From an uncultured delta proteobacterium (GTDB lineage: Bacteria; Desulfobacterota; Binatia; UBA9968): DNA of 64,000 nt. The notes beneath the pieces were generated by a model that saw only the letters and a list, made by a program, of their open reading frames with translations, had not been told where the DNA came from and ran no database searches. The stretch covers positions 64,001 through 128,000 of the forward strand of contig CAVUVW010000020.1 in the NCBI GenBank assembly GCA_963745035.1, read 5' to 3'. Below, piece by piece: positions 39,711 to 49,519 of the stretch. The stretch's first letter is position 1. The number at the start of each line of letters is the position of its first letter. The position numbers were made by a program, and so were the translations under genes.

Positions 39711-40241
39711 TTACTTCGTACCACCCCAATTAAAGCCAATGCCGACGGTGAAGACGTGATTGCCCTTGGTAGAATTATCGTCGATCGTCTCAATCCGATT
39801 AAAGAAGAATTCGTAGCGATATCCAAGATTCAAAAAAGCACCCTCGTGAACGTAGAACTTTACTCCGGCCTGCGGTCCAATAGTACCGGTGGCATCACGA
39901 TCGTTCCAAACCACGCCTAAGAATGTTCCGAGATAAGGCACGATAATATCTGTCACCGGGAGATGCCAATTGATGAATGGCGACGTCGTCGCGACCCAGA
40001 AATCGCGCCGGTCATCTACGAAGTTGTAGTTGAGCGCTTGACGGATACCCACTTGCCAGCCTGGCGTGAAAAAAAAGCCATAGCTAAGATCGGCATTAAG
40101 ACTGCCCTCGTCCGAACCCTCGGAGTGGAAAAACCCACCCGACGCCTGCACCTCACTCGATCCCCCTCGTGGAGCGGCCTCGGCTGCGCTACCTGTGAGA
40201 AGAAGAATAGTCAAAACCGCTGCGCTGAGCACATTTTTCAT
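39711..40241 (-). CDS. Outer-membrane beta-barrel protein (8-stranded type)
   Basis: Signal peptide, alternating strands, VPYLG, GYRYE, aromatic C-terminal strand; GGAGG RBS. Confidence 0.8.
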   Translation of the reverse strand: MKNVLSAAVLTILLLTGSAAEAAPRGGSSEVQASGGFFHSEGSDEGSLNADLSYGFFFTPGWQVGIRQALNYNFVDDRRDFWVATTSPFINWHLPVTDIIVPYLGTFLGVVWNDRDATGTIGPQAGVKFYVHEGAFLNLGYRYEFFFNRIETIDDNSTKGNHVFTVGIGFNWGGTK

Positions 40242-40276
40242 TGAACACACCTCCGTGAATATTGGTGCGCCAAATA

Positions 40277-40292
40277 CGCAACAGAAGTGCCA
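40277..40292 (-). promoter_or_regulatory. sigma54 promoter for beta-barrel gene
   Basis: TGGCACTTCTGTTGCG. Confidence 0.8.
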
Positions 40293-40477
40293 TGAAGCGT
40301 CGCGGCGCATCTATTGGAATTTCAATCTTTCAGAACACTTCTTGCCGACGGCCCTGTCCCAACGCTGCGGCGAAACGGCCGCACGCTGATTCAACGACAG
40401 GACAAAGCGCGCAAAGCGTTTAGCGCGCCGTCTGCCGCTCGCGCCGCTAAGAATTCACACGCGCAATCGAAAAATTC

Positions 40478-41788
40478 TCAATGCTCCTTGCGCGGATCGA
40501 ACGGGTCGCTCGGGTTGCCGCCGTCCGCCGCCTCGCTCAGCGACTTGAGAGTAATGCCGTCCAAGCCTCGCTGCAGCGCTTGATCGCGCCGGCGCAGCAG
40601 CTCGACCATTAGGTCATCGGCTTTGGGCGGCGCCAGCTCGCCGCGCATGGTCTCGAGAATTTCCGCAGCCGAGACGCTCTCCGGCGCCCGCGCCAGACCG
40701 ATGCCCGGCGGCTCGACGGCGCGCAGCAGCAGGCGTCCGGCCACCAGTTTCTCGATCACTACGTCGATCTGGGCCTGCGGCACGGCTAGGCGGTCGCTGA
40801 GCTCGGCTTCATTCAGAGGCGCGCGGCCGGCAAGATGAGCGCGCGCGATCTCGCTGAGCGCGCGCAGCGCCACCCACTCCTGAGTGGCGAGCGTCGAGTT
40901 TTCGCGCGCCTGACCACGCAGGTACAGCTGCGCGTGCTGATGCAAATAGGCCATCGTGCCGCCCAGCAATACGATCAGCCAGGCGAGGTTGAGCCAGAGA
41001 AAGAACACCACGGCGATGGCAAAGCCGGAGTAAAGAGCGGTGTAGTTGCGCGAATCGGCGACCAACGCGGTAAACGCCATGCCGGCCAGATGCCACAAAA
41101 TCGCCGCGAGCGCCGCGCCGAAGATCGCCGAGCGGAAGCGCACTTCGGCGCTCGGGATGATTTTGTAAAGAATCGCGAAGCCCGCCCATAAGATAAGCAA
41201 CGGCAGCACGCGCGCGAGCAGCCCGAACACCGAGCCGATCAGCCGCATCTCGATCAAGCGCTGCACGAGCCAAGTGCTATGCGCGGTGGCGATGAGCGCG
41301 AGCACGGCGAACAGGAAAACCGGCGCGATCAGCAGCAGGCCGAGATATTCGCCGTAGCGGCGCGGCCAGGCGCGGATCGGCTGCGCGCGCCAGATTTGAT
41401 TCAGCGCCTCTTCCACACTGCTGATCAGCGAAACCGCAGTGTAGAAAAGACCCACAACGCCGGCGGCGCCGAGCACGGCGACTTGAGCGTTGCTGATAAA
41501 GCCGACGATTTCTTGGGTGAAAGTGATGCGCCCGGGGCCGAGCGGCTCGAGGGCTTCGCTCAAGAAGCTCTCGATGAGGGTCTCGACGCCGAAAGCCTTG
41601 AGCACCGAGAAGGCCACCGCGAGCAGCGGCACCACCGACACCAGCGTCCAGTAACTCAGCGCGGCGGCGCGCAAGCTAAGCAGATCGGCGTTGTACTTGT
41701 CCACCGCCGCCCGCGCCAGGCGCGACCAGCGGCTATTGACTAGAGCGGCGCGAGTCGAGAAGCGCTTGTCATTGAGCGCGCTGGCCAT
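40478..41788 (-). CDS. YihY/BrkB family protein with C-terminal Rrf2-like wHTH
   Basis: RAAALSYWTLVSVVPLLAV, EEALNQIW, Y..LYSGFA, ELSDRLAVP...L. Confidence 0.88.
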   Translation of the reverse strand: MASALNDKRFSTRAALVNSRWSRLARAAVDKYNADLLSLRAAALSYWTLVSVVPLLAVAFSVLKAFGVETLIESFLSEALEPLGPGRITFTQEIVGFISNAQVAVLGAAGVVGLFYTAVSLISSVEEALNQIWRAQPIRAWPRRYGEYLGLLLIAPVFLFAVLALIATAHSTWLVQRLIEMRLIGSVFGLLARVLPLLILWAGFAILYKIIPSAEVRFRSAIFGAALAAILWHLAGMAFTALVADSRNYTALYSGFAIAVVFFLWLNLAWLIVLLGGTMAYLHQHAQLYLRGQARENSTLATQEWVALRALSEIARAHLAGRAPLNEAELSDRLAVPQAQIDVVIEKLVAGRLLLRAVEPPGIGLARAPESVSAAEILETMRGELAPPKADDLMVELLRRRDQALQRGLDGITLKSLSEAADGGNPSDPFDPRKEH

Positions 41789-41910
41789 AACGGCGCGTCA
41801 CCGAACCGCAATAGGTTGAGAGCCATCGATACGGGCCTGCTCGATGACTGTACCGGCGCCGCGTTTGGATCGTGGAAACCCGCAAAGAAAATCCAGGAAT
41901 CGCGCGCTCG

Positions 41911-43290
41911 CTAGCTCGTATGCTCGTCGTTTCGATAGATCCCCAGGCTGTCGAGCTTGCGATACAGCGATGAGCGACTCAGGCCGAGCATCTTGGCCGC
42001 CACGGCGCGGTTGCCGTCGGTCTCCTTCAACACGTTTTCGATGTGCATTTTTTCATAGGCGCGCAGCGCGTCGGTAAGATCATGCGGCCCCGCGTAGGCG
42101 GCGTGGTTGTTCTCCTCCCACTTTTCCGCGTGCGGGATATCGCTCGCGGTGATCCACTCGCCGTTGCCGAGAATCATCGCCCGCTCGAGCACGTTGTCGA
42201 GCTCGCGGATGTTGCCGCGCCAGGGAAGCGACATCAAAATCCTGATGGCGGCGTTATCCGCGCCCTTGTACGCCTTTTTCATCTCGACGTTGTGCCGGCG
42301 GATCAGGTAGTCGATCAGCGGCGCGATATCTTCGCGCCGCTCGCGCAGCGGCGGCACGCGGATATTGATGACGTTTAGCCGGTAATACAGGTCTTCGCGA
42401 AACCGTCCCTGCTCGCACGCCTTGCTCAGCTCGGCATTGGTCGCGGCGATGATGCGCACGTCGACTTTGGCCGGCTGGGTCGAACCCACCGGGAGAATTT
42501 CCTTGGCTTCGATGGCGCGCAGGAGCTTGGGCTGCAAGACCGCGGAGAGATCGGCGATCTCGTCCAGGAAGATCGTCCCGCCCTTGGCCCGCTGGAACAA
42601 TCCTTCGTTGGTGTTGAGCGCCCCGGTGAACGAGCCTTTGACGTGACCGAAGAGCTGGCTTTCCAGCAGAGTGTCGGGAATCGCGCTGCAGTTGACCGGC
42701 AAAAACAGCTTGTCCCGACGCGGGCTCTGGGAATGGATCGCGCGCGCCACCACCTCCTTGCCGCAGCCGCTTTCGCCGGTGATCAAAACAGTGGAATCCG
42801 AGCTCGCGACTTTCTGAATCAGCGTGACGATGTTGCGCATCGCCTGGCTACGCCCCACCAGATCGGAAAAGGTCGGCGACAGGCTCGACAGCTCGCGGCG
42901 GAGCATCTGGATTTCCCAGGCGAGCCGCCGGTATTCCATCACGTGGCGCACCTTGCTCAGCAGGTCCTCGAAGATGATCGGCTTGATCACGTAGTCCTGC
43001 GCGCCCAGGCGGAGCGCGTCGATGGCGCTCTCCACCGAGCCGAATGCAGTGGTGACGATGACCAGCGTGTTGGGAGAGATCTCCCGGACGTGTTTCAAAA
43101 CGTCGAGGCCGCTTGCCTGCGGCATTTTCAGATCGGTGATCACCAGATCGAAGTCGGCATTGTTCACCGCATCGATGGCGGCGTCGCCGTCGGCCGCCTC
43201 CTCGACTCGATAGCCCTCCTGCTGCAAGTATTCCTTGATGCTCTTGCGGGCCACCTCGTGGTCTTCAGCAATCAATATCGCGCCATTCAA
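41911..43290 (-). CDS. sigma54-dependent response regulator (REC-AAA+-Fis HTH)
   Basis: ITDLKMP receiver, GESGCGKE, ESQLFGHVKGSFTGA, FLDEI, REDLYYRL, WRGNIREL, LGLSRSSLYRKL; TTG start after GGAGG. Confidence 0.93.
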   Translation of the reverse strand: MNGAILIAEDHEVARKSIKEYLQQEGYRVEEAADGDAAIDAVNNADFDLVITDLKMPQASGLDVLKHVREISPNTLVIVTTAFGSVESAIDALRLGAQDYVIKPIIFEDLLSKVRHVMEYRRLAWEIQMLRRELSSLSPTFSDLVGRSQAMRNIVTLIQKVASSDSTVLITGESGCGKEVVARAIHSQSPRRDKLFLPVNCSAIPDTLLESQLFGHVKGSFTGALNTNEGLFQRAKGGTIFLDEIADLSAVLQPKLLRAIEAKEILPVGSTQPAKVDVRIIAATNAELSKACEQGRFREDLYYRLNVINIRVPPLRERREDIAPLIDYLIRRHNVEMKKAYKGADNAAIRILMSLPWRGNIRELDNVLERAMILGNGEWITASDIPHAEKWEENNHAAYAGPHDLTDALRAYEKMHIENVLKETDGNRAVAAKMLGLSRSSLYRKLDSLGIYRNDEHTS

Positions 43291-43686
43291 TTTCGCTACC
43301 TCCGAAAATTTTAGAAACGCACTAGCGAGCGTCCCATTTACGGAACAGTTCACGCGCAGTACTGTAGCAAATCTGAAACAGATTTTCTTATGAGCGCGTA
43401 TCTACTGTCCCAACGGGTGACGAGAATACACGCTTTTTTCATTTCGCACACTGCCTGGAGTATAACGTAATCAGACGTTCAATTCTCAGGCCAAATTATT
43501 CAATGGTTCGCTATCTCCGTCCGGAGCTTGTGCGCGGGTGGATGACGCTCTGCCAGCGTGCCGGTTCCATGGCATCTTGTTCTCTGTCCTGCCGCTGCGC
43601 CGCCGTTCAGATCGCTGTCCCAAATTCAGCATTCGCAGACGGCAAAGTATGCCGTGCTACTTTGCCGCCCTAGACAGTTGCATTCC

Positions 43687-43702
43687 TGGCACATTGTTTG
43701 CG
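43687..43702 (+). promoter_or_regulatory. sigma54 promoter for CBS gene and possibly ku-ligD
   Basis: TGGCACATTGTTTGCG. Confidence 0.8.
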
Positions 43703-43729
43703 CCCGTTCGCCTTCGGAGGTCGCAAGAA

Positions 43730-44188
43730 ATGGAAATCAGGGAGATTATGACGCGGCAGGTGGAGGTGATTTCGCGCGATGCCGAAGTGCGCGCGGCGGC
43801 GATCAAGATGCGCGATCTCGATATCGGCGTGATCCCCGTCTGCGACGGTGCGACGTTTGCGGGCATCCTCACCGATCGCGACATCGCAGTGCGCCTCGCC
43901 GCCGAGGGCCACGATGCCACGCGCACGTTTGTCGGTGAGATCATGACGCGCGACCTGACCTACTGCTTCGAAGACCAGAACATCGACGACGCGGCGATCG
44001 TAATGGAGTTCCATCGCATCGACCGTCTGCCGATCCTCGACCGCAATCACCAGCTCGTCGGTATCGTCTCGTTGAGCGACATCGCTGCACGGTTAAAAGC
44101 GCACGTCAACGCCCCCGCGGCGGAGCTCGATGAAGTTCGCGCTCCCGCGAACCAGGACGCCGCGATGGCGGCGATGACGCGCCGTTAG
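43730..44188 (+). CDS. CBS-domain pair protein
   Basis: IREIMTRQV, GILTDRDI, RLPILD..LVGIVSLSDI; GGAGG RBS before ATG 43730. Confidence 0.9.
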   Translation: MEIREIMTRQVEVISRDAEVRAAAIKMRDLDIGVIPVCDGATFAGILTDRDIAVRLAAEGHDATRTFVGEIMTRDLTYCFEDQNIDDAAIVMEFHRIDRLPILDRNHQLVGIVSLSDIAARLKAHVNAPAAELDEVRAPANQDAAMAAMTRR

Positions 44189-44347
44189 ATGAAACGAGCA
44201 CAGCGACAACGCAACAAGAAAAAGTTCGGCACGGGCGGCGCGCGCGGGCGGCGCTCCAAGGCCATGACCGTGAAGATCAAGCCCAAGGAAGAGGAGCCGT
44301 GCCGGACGCGCAACCCGCAACCGAAAGTCCGAACCCCGCGGCCTTGA
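44189..44347 (+). CDS. 52-aa highly basic peptide (below track cutoff)
   Basis: ATG immediately follows the CBS TAG; MKRAQRQRNKKKFGTGGARGRRSKAMTVKIKPKEEEPCRTRNPQPKVRTPRP. Confidence 0.4.
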   Translation: MKRAQRQRNKKKFGTGGARGRRSKAMTVKIKPKEEEPCRTRNPQPKVRTPRP

Positions 44348-44357
44348 CGGAGCACGA

Positions 44358-44423
44358 GGAGTGGTGGAGTCATGCTCTGCTTCCCACCCAATACTCCATC
44401 ACTCCAATATTCCAGCACTCCAA
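44358..44423. repeat. Short ACTCCA-type intergenic repeat
   Basis: GGAGTGGTGGAGT facing CCAATACTCCATCACTCCAATATTCCAGCACTCCA. Confidence 0.5.
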
Positions 44424-44434
44424 TCGATTTCACC

Positions 44435-45325
44435 ATGGCGCGAAAAAACTCTCGCAAACGCAAGCCGGCTAAGAAAGCCGAACACCGGAGTTCGGGCCGG
44501 CCGATCTGGACGGGCAGCATCGATTTCGGTCTGGTCAATATTCCCGTCAAGCTTTACTCGGCGCAAAACGCCGGCGGCATCGATTTCGATCTGCTCGACA
44601 AGCGCGACTTTTCCCGGATCCGCTATCGGCGAGTCAACGAAAAGACCGGCAAGGAAGTCGATTGGCGCCAGATCGTGAAGGGATACCAGTACGAAAAAGG
44701 CGAATACGTCGCCCTCAGCGACGAGGATTTCGCGCGCGCCAATGTGGAAGCCAGCCAATCGATTGCCATCGTGCGCTTCGTCGATGCAGCGGCCGTGAGC
44801 CCGTTCTATTACGACACGCCCTACTATCTTGAACCGTTGAAAAACGGCCGCCGCGCTTATGCGCTGCTGCGCACGGTGATCCAAAAAACCGGCAAGGTCG
44901 GCATCGCCAAGATCGTGCTGCGCACGCGCCAGCATCTGGCCGCCCTGATTCCGCACGCCGGTCTGCTGGTGTTGAATACCCTGCGCTACGCCCACGAGCT
45001 GCGCGATCCCTCGAGCCTCGCCGTGCCTGAAGACCAGGGCCGCAAAAGCGCCGTGTCCCAGCAGGAGCTGAAGATGGCCGAGCAACTCATCGACTCGATG
45101 GCCGGCGATTGGGATCCGGCGCAGTATCGCGACGACTATCATGACGACTTGCTTAAGCTCGTCGAGCAAAAAGTGAAATCCGGCAAAACCAAAACGGTGG
45201 CCTCCGCCGCCGCGCCGAAGCCCAAACGCGAAGGCAAAGTGATCGACATCATGCATCTGCTGCGCCAGAGCGTACAACAAGCGCAGTCGAAAGAGGCGCC
45301 GGCGCGCTCGCGCAAGACCGGCTAG
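44435..45325 (+). CDS. ku: NHEJ DNA end-binding protein Ku
   Basis: RPIWTGSIDFGLVNIPVKLYSA, IVKGYQY, PYYLEP, Y.LL, YRDDY, VIDIM..L..S. Confidence 0.95.
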   Translation: MARKNSRKRKPAKKAEHRSSGRPIWTGSIDFGLVNIPVKLYSAQNAGGIDFDLLDKRDFSRIRYRRVNEKTGKEVDWRQIVKGYQYEKGEYVALSDEDFARANVEASQSIAIVRFVDAAAVSPFYYDTPYYLEPLKNGRRAYALLRTVIQKTGKVGIAKIVLRTRQHLAALIPHAGLLVLNTLRYAHELRDPSSLAVPEDQGRKSAVSQQELKMAEQLIDSMAGDWDPAQYRDDYHDDLLKLVEQKVKSGKTKTVASAAAPKPKREGKVIDIMHLLRQSVQQAQSKEAPARSRKTG

Positions 45326-45440
45326 TACAGCGCGCACGTTTTTGCATTGTGCGATTTTCTTGTGATTCGCAAACGGAGAAGTGCGTCCGGCCAAAATAAG
45401 ACCCTAGCGTGATCGTTTACTCGCGCTGATTCTCGCCGCC

Positions 45441-47945
45441 ATGGCACTCGAGACCTATCGCCGCAAGCGCAATTTCCGCAAGACGCCCGAGCCGCGCGGC
45501 AAGATTGTTAGAAAGGCCGAGACGAGGCCGGCGTTTGTCGTGCACAAGCACGCGGCGCGCCGGCTGCACTACGATCTGCGGCTCGAGATGGCCGGCGTGC
45601 TCGCCAGTTGGGCGGTGCCCAAAGGGCCGAGCTACGATCCGAAGGAGCGCCGCCTGGCGGTGGAAGTCGAAGATCATCCGTTCGACTACGGCGCGTTCGA
45701 AGGCACCATTCCCGCCGGCGAATACGGCGCCGGCAAGGTGATCGTTTGGGACCGCGGCTACTGGGTTCCGGCCGGCGATCCACTGGCGGGTCGGCGCCAG
45801 GGCAAACTCAAATTTCAACTTTTCGGCGACAAGCTGCGCGGCGGATGGACTCTCGTTCGCATCCGGCGGCCGCGCGACGGCGGCGCGAAAAACAATTGGC
45901 TGCTGATCAAAGAAAACGATGATTTCGCCGGCGGCCGCGATATCGTGAGCGAACGGCCCGAGAGCGTCAGCTCGGGCCGGACCCTTGAAGAAATCGGCGA
46001 CGAAAACGATGCACCGCAAACACCGCGGAAAACTCGCCGGCGCGCGCGGCGGAAACGCGCTGCGGAGGGCAAAGCCGCGGCGCTGCGGTGGATCGAGCCC
46101 CAGTTGGCTACCCTGGTCACCGCCGTGCCGGCGGGAAGCCAATGGCTCCACGAGCTCAAATTCGACGGCTATCGCCTGCTTTGCCGCATCGATCATGGAC
46201 GCGTTTCCCTGTTGACTCGTCATGCGCAGGACTGGACCGAGCGCTTCGCCGGCGTCGCGCAAGCGGCAAAGCAGTTGCCCGCCAGCCAAGCGCTGCTCGA
46301 CGGCGAGGTGGTCGCGCTCGAAGACGACGGCACGCACAGCTTTCAACGCCTGCAGAATTCGCTCAGCGGCGGCGATCCGTCGCGGCTGATCTACTACGTC
46401 TTCGACTTGGTGCATCTCGACGGCCGCGATCTCGGCTCAATGCCGTTGATCGAGCGCAAAGGTCTCCTGAAAAAACTTCTCTCCGGCGGCGCAGGAAAAA
46501 ACGCCAAGGCGATCCTGCGCTACAGCGAGCACTGGATCGACCAAGGCGAAGAGCTCTTCGCCAAAGCCTGCGCGGCGGGACTGGAAGGAATCATTGCCAA
46601 ACGCGGCGACGATCCTTACCGCTCGGGGCGCACACGCTCGTGGCTCAAGATCAAGTGCGCCAAGAGCCAGGAATTCGTCATCGCCGGCTTCACCGATCCG
46701 GCCGGCGCGCGCGTCGGCTTCGGCGCTCTGCTGCTCGGCGTGCACGACGAGAGCGGCGCGCTGCGCTACGCCGGCAAGGTCGGCACCGGCTTTGACGATC
46801 GCGCCCTGCGCGATCTCCACGCCCGCCTGAAAGCGCTCGAGCGGAAAGCGCAGCCGTTTGCGGGCGTGAAGAGAGCCGACTTCCGCAAGGCCCACTGGGT
46901 CGAGCCGCGGCTCGTCTGCGAAGTCGGCTTCGCCGGCTGGACCGCCGACGGCCTGTTGCGCCACGCATCTTTCAAGGGCCTGCGCGAAGACAAGGCGCCC
47001 GGCGAGATCAGCCGCGAGGTCCCGGCGGCCAATCCTCCGGCGCGCGGCGGCGCCGACGGCAACGGGCAAGTGGCGGGAGTAAAATTGACCCATCCCGAGC
47101 GCGTGCTCTATCCCGAGCAGGGCATCACCAAGCGCGAGCTGGCGCTCTATTACGAGCGCGTCGGCGCAGCGATGCTGCCGCACCTGGAGGGTCGCCCGCT
47201 CACGGTAGTTCGCTGCCCCGAGGGGCGCGCCGGGCAATGCTTCTACCAGCGCCACGCGCGCGAGGGAATCACCGAGCCGATCCGCTCGATCCCCGTGCGC
47301 GAGCGCGGCAAGACGGCGCGCTATCTTTCGATCGATTCGCTGCCGGGATTGATCGCCCTGGCGCAGATGGGAATTTTAGAGATCCACACCTGGGGCTCGC
47401 GCACGCCGCGCATCGAGCGGCCCGACCGCCTGACCTTCGACCTCGATCCGGGTCCGGGCGTGGGCTGGAAGGAAATCGCGCAAGCGGCCCTGCGCCTGCG
47501 CGCCCGCCTCGAGGAGTTCGAGCTCGGCGCCTTCGTCAAAACCACCGGCGGCAAAGGACTGCACGTGGTCGCGCCCATCGCGCCGGAGCAGAGCTGGGAC
47601 GTTGTGAAGAATTTTTCCCGCGCGCTCGCCGAAAGCGTTGTCGGCGAAGCTCCCGACCGCTATACCGCGACCGCGTCGAAAACCAAGCGCCGCGGCAAAA
47701 TCTTCATCGACTATTTGCGCAACAGCCGCACCGCCACCGCCGTGTGCGCCTACTCGACGCGAGCGCGCCCGGGCGCGCCGGTTTCGCTGCCGGTCGAGTG
47801 GCAAGAGCTCGGGAAAGATCCGCGCGCCAGCTTCACGATCCGCACGGTTCCCGAGCGCCTGGAAAAACGACCGGGCGATCCCTGGCGCGACTACGAAGAC
47901 GCGCGCCGGGCACTGACGGCCAAGCTCATCCGCCGCCTGCGATAA
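45441..47945 (+). CDS. ligD: NHEJ DNA ligase D (phosphoesterase-ligase-polymerase)
   Basis: HAARRLHYDLRLE, ELKFDGYR, EGIIAKR, WLKIK, FDLDP, KTTGGKGLHV, IFIDYLRN. Confidence 0.95.
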   Translation: MALETYRRKRNFRKTPEPRGKIVRKAETRPAFVVHKHAARRLHYDLRLEMAGVLASWAVPKGPSYDPKERRLAVEVEDHPFDYGAFEGTIPAGEYGAGKVIVWDRGYWVPAGDPLAGRRQGKLKFQLFGDKLRGGWTLVRIRRPRDGGAKNNWLLIKENDDFAGGRDIVSERPESVSSGRTLEEIGDENDAPQTPRKTRRRARRKRAAEGKAAALRWIEPQLATLVTAVPAGSQWLHELKFDGYRLLCRIDHGRVSLLTRHAQDWTERFAGVAQAAKQLPASQALLDGEVVALEDDGTHSFQRLQNSLSGGDPSRLIYYVFDLVHLDGRDLGSMPLIERKGLLKKLLSGGAGKNAKAILRYSEHWIDQGEELFAKACAAGLEGIIAKRGDDPYRSGRTRSWLKIKCAKSQEFVIAGFTDPAGARVGFGALLLGVHDESGALRYAGKVGTGFDDRALRDLHARLKALERKAQPFAGVKRADFRKAHWVEPRLVCEVGFAGWTADGLLRHASFKGLREDKAPGEISREVPAANPPARGGADGNGQVAGVKLTHPERVLYPEQGITKRELALYYERVGAAMLPHLEGRPLTVVRCPEGRAGQCFYQRHAREGITEPIRSIPVRERGKTARYLSIDSLPGLIALAQMGILEIHTWGSRTPRIERPDRLTFDLDPGPGVGWKEIAQAALRLRARLEEFELGAFVKTTGGKGLHVVAPIAPEQSWDVVKNFSRALAESVVGEAPDRYTATASKTKRRGKIFIDYLRNSRTATAVCAYSTRARPGAPVSLPVEWQELGKDPRASFTIRTVPERLEKRPGDPWRDYEDARRALTAKLIRRLR

Positions 47946-48121
47946 TCAACGACAGATGTACGGCATCAGCCGGCGCACCGAGCCGGCGGCTCTGATCCCA
48001 GGATCGCTGCTTCTCGGCCTTACGGCTTACGGCCTCGGCGGCAATCGCGCCGGCCGGACCGGCTGAGTTGTGAACCGCGCGAGAATCGAGCCGGCGAGTT
48101 TTCAACCGAAACCAGCGGTGG

Positions 48122-48137
48122 CGGTATATTTCTTGCT
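48122..48137 (+). promoter_or_regulatory. sigma54 promoter for YtxH-like gene
   Basis: CGGTATATTTCTTGCT. Confidence 0.6.
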
Positions 48138-48200
48138 CGATTACGCAGTAGCGATGGCCGGTCACATGGCCACCGCAAAAAAAAACGGGAGGACCGCAGG

Positions 48201-48422
48201 ATGAAAACCAACGACGAGTTATTTTATTTTCTCGCCGGAATCAGCGTGGGCGTGATCGCCGCGCTGCTTCTGGCGCCGTACTCGGGCGAAGAAACACGGC
48301 AATATCTGCGCGAGCGCGTCGATGAAGGGCGCGAGCGCGCCGAAGACATGCTGGAAAGAGGCAAAGACTACGTCGGCGCGGGTGGCGAATACGGCCGGAG
48401 GAATTACGCCGAAAAGATCTGA
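48201..48422 (+). CDS. YtxH-domain protein
   Basis: FLAG..VG..AALLLAP.SGEETR..L; GGAGG RBS. Confidence 0.85.
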   Translation: MKTNDELFYFLAGISVGVIAALLLAPYSGEETRQYLRERVDEGRERAEDMLERGKDYVGAGGEYGRRNYAEKI

Positions 48423-48545
48423 TTGATTGGAGGAAAAGCGCTACGCCGGGGTGCGGGAAACCATCGCGTTTCTCGACATGCGCACCCGTGGCACGATAAC
48501 CACGATAACAATTAGGCGCAAAATGCCCGCGCAGGAGGATCGCGC

Positions 48546-49295
48546 ATGAGTCTCGAGCATGGAGCCCAGGATGATCTCCGTTGGCAGTCTTCCGATGCGG
48601 TAGATGTGGCGCGACGGCGCCTGGCGGAAAACCAGCGCTGGCTCTCGCTGGCGTTCGGCGGTGGCCTGCTGCTCGGCGCCAGCTCGCGCCGCAGCGTGCC
48701 GCTGGCGTTGGCTGGCGCGATGCTTTTGTATCGCGGCGCCACCGGACGCTGGCCCTTAGCCGATTGGCTCGGCCTTAACGGCGCTCCCGAGCGGCGGCAT
48801 CCGGCGACCAGCGTGCCCCATCGAAGCGGCATCAAAGTAGAGCGCTCCATCATCATTCAGAAATCGCCGGAGGAGATCTATCGCTTCTGGCGCGCTCTGG
48901 AAAATCTGCCGCGCTTCATGAGCCAGCATGTCTCGGTGGAGCGCCGCGACGACGCGCGCTCCCATTGGAAGGTCGCCTCCATCGGCGGCGCGACCTTCGA
49001 ATGGGACGCCGAGATCGTCAACGACGTTCCCAACGAGCTGCTCGCGTGGCGTTCCCTCGACGGCGCCGATCTCGATCATGCCGGCTCAGTGCACTTCGAG
49101 GGCGACGCGCGCGGCGGCGCGCGGGTCAAAGTCGTGCTGGAGTACCGCCCGCCGGCCGGCAAATGGAGCGCCGAGGCCGCGCGCTTGTTCGGCCAAGAAC
49201 CGGGACAGGTCCTCGACAAGGACTTGCGGCGCTTGAAGCAACTCCTGGAGACCGGGGAGATCCCCTCAATTGAAGGCCAGTCTAGAGGCGCGTGA
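48546..49295 (+). CDS. SRPBCC/cyclase-dehydrase family protein with DUF2892-like N-terminus
   Basis: LLYRGATG, VERSIII, YRFWR.LENLPRFM, WDAEI, LAWRS, DLRRLKQLLETGE. Confidence 0.9.
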   Translation: MSLEHGAQDDLRWQSSDAVDVARRRLAENQRWLSLAFGGGLLLGASSRRSVPLALAGAMLLYRGATGRWPLADWLGLNGAPERRHPATSVPHRSGIKVERSIIIQKSPEEIYRFWRALENLPRFMSQHVSVERRDDARSHWKVASIGGATFEWDAEIVNDVPNELLAWRSLDGADLDHAGSVHFEGDARGGARVKVVLEYRPPAGKWSAEAARLFGQEPGQVLDKDLRRLKQLLETGEIPSIEGQSRGA

Positions 49296-49470
49296 TCGTA
49301 ATTTTAGTTTCTGGTTTAAGCTTCTAAGTCTTGCGGGCTCCTGCATTCGCCTTAGATTAGAAACCAGAAACCTTATCGGGTTGTCCCACTTCCAAACGTC
49401 GCCGGTCGCAGACTGTTTTGTTTCCGACACATGAGGGCCTTCCGGCCGTGGCTCTCCCGGACTTTCCGCG

Positions 49471-49486
49471 TGGCATGCGTTTAGCT
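49471..49486 (+). promoter_or_regulatory. sigma54 promoter for 49520 gene
   Basis: TGGCATGCGTTTAGCT. Confidence 0.65.
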
Positions 49487-49519
49487 CTCGTTTTTCGTAG
49501 AACACACAGGGAGGGCTAC

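Noticed and set aside
26409-48510. Near-miss sigma54 motifs at ~26410, ~26989, ~43366, ~45330 and ~48489
   Set aside because: Wrong spacing, or missing GG or GC; excluded from the count
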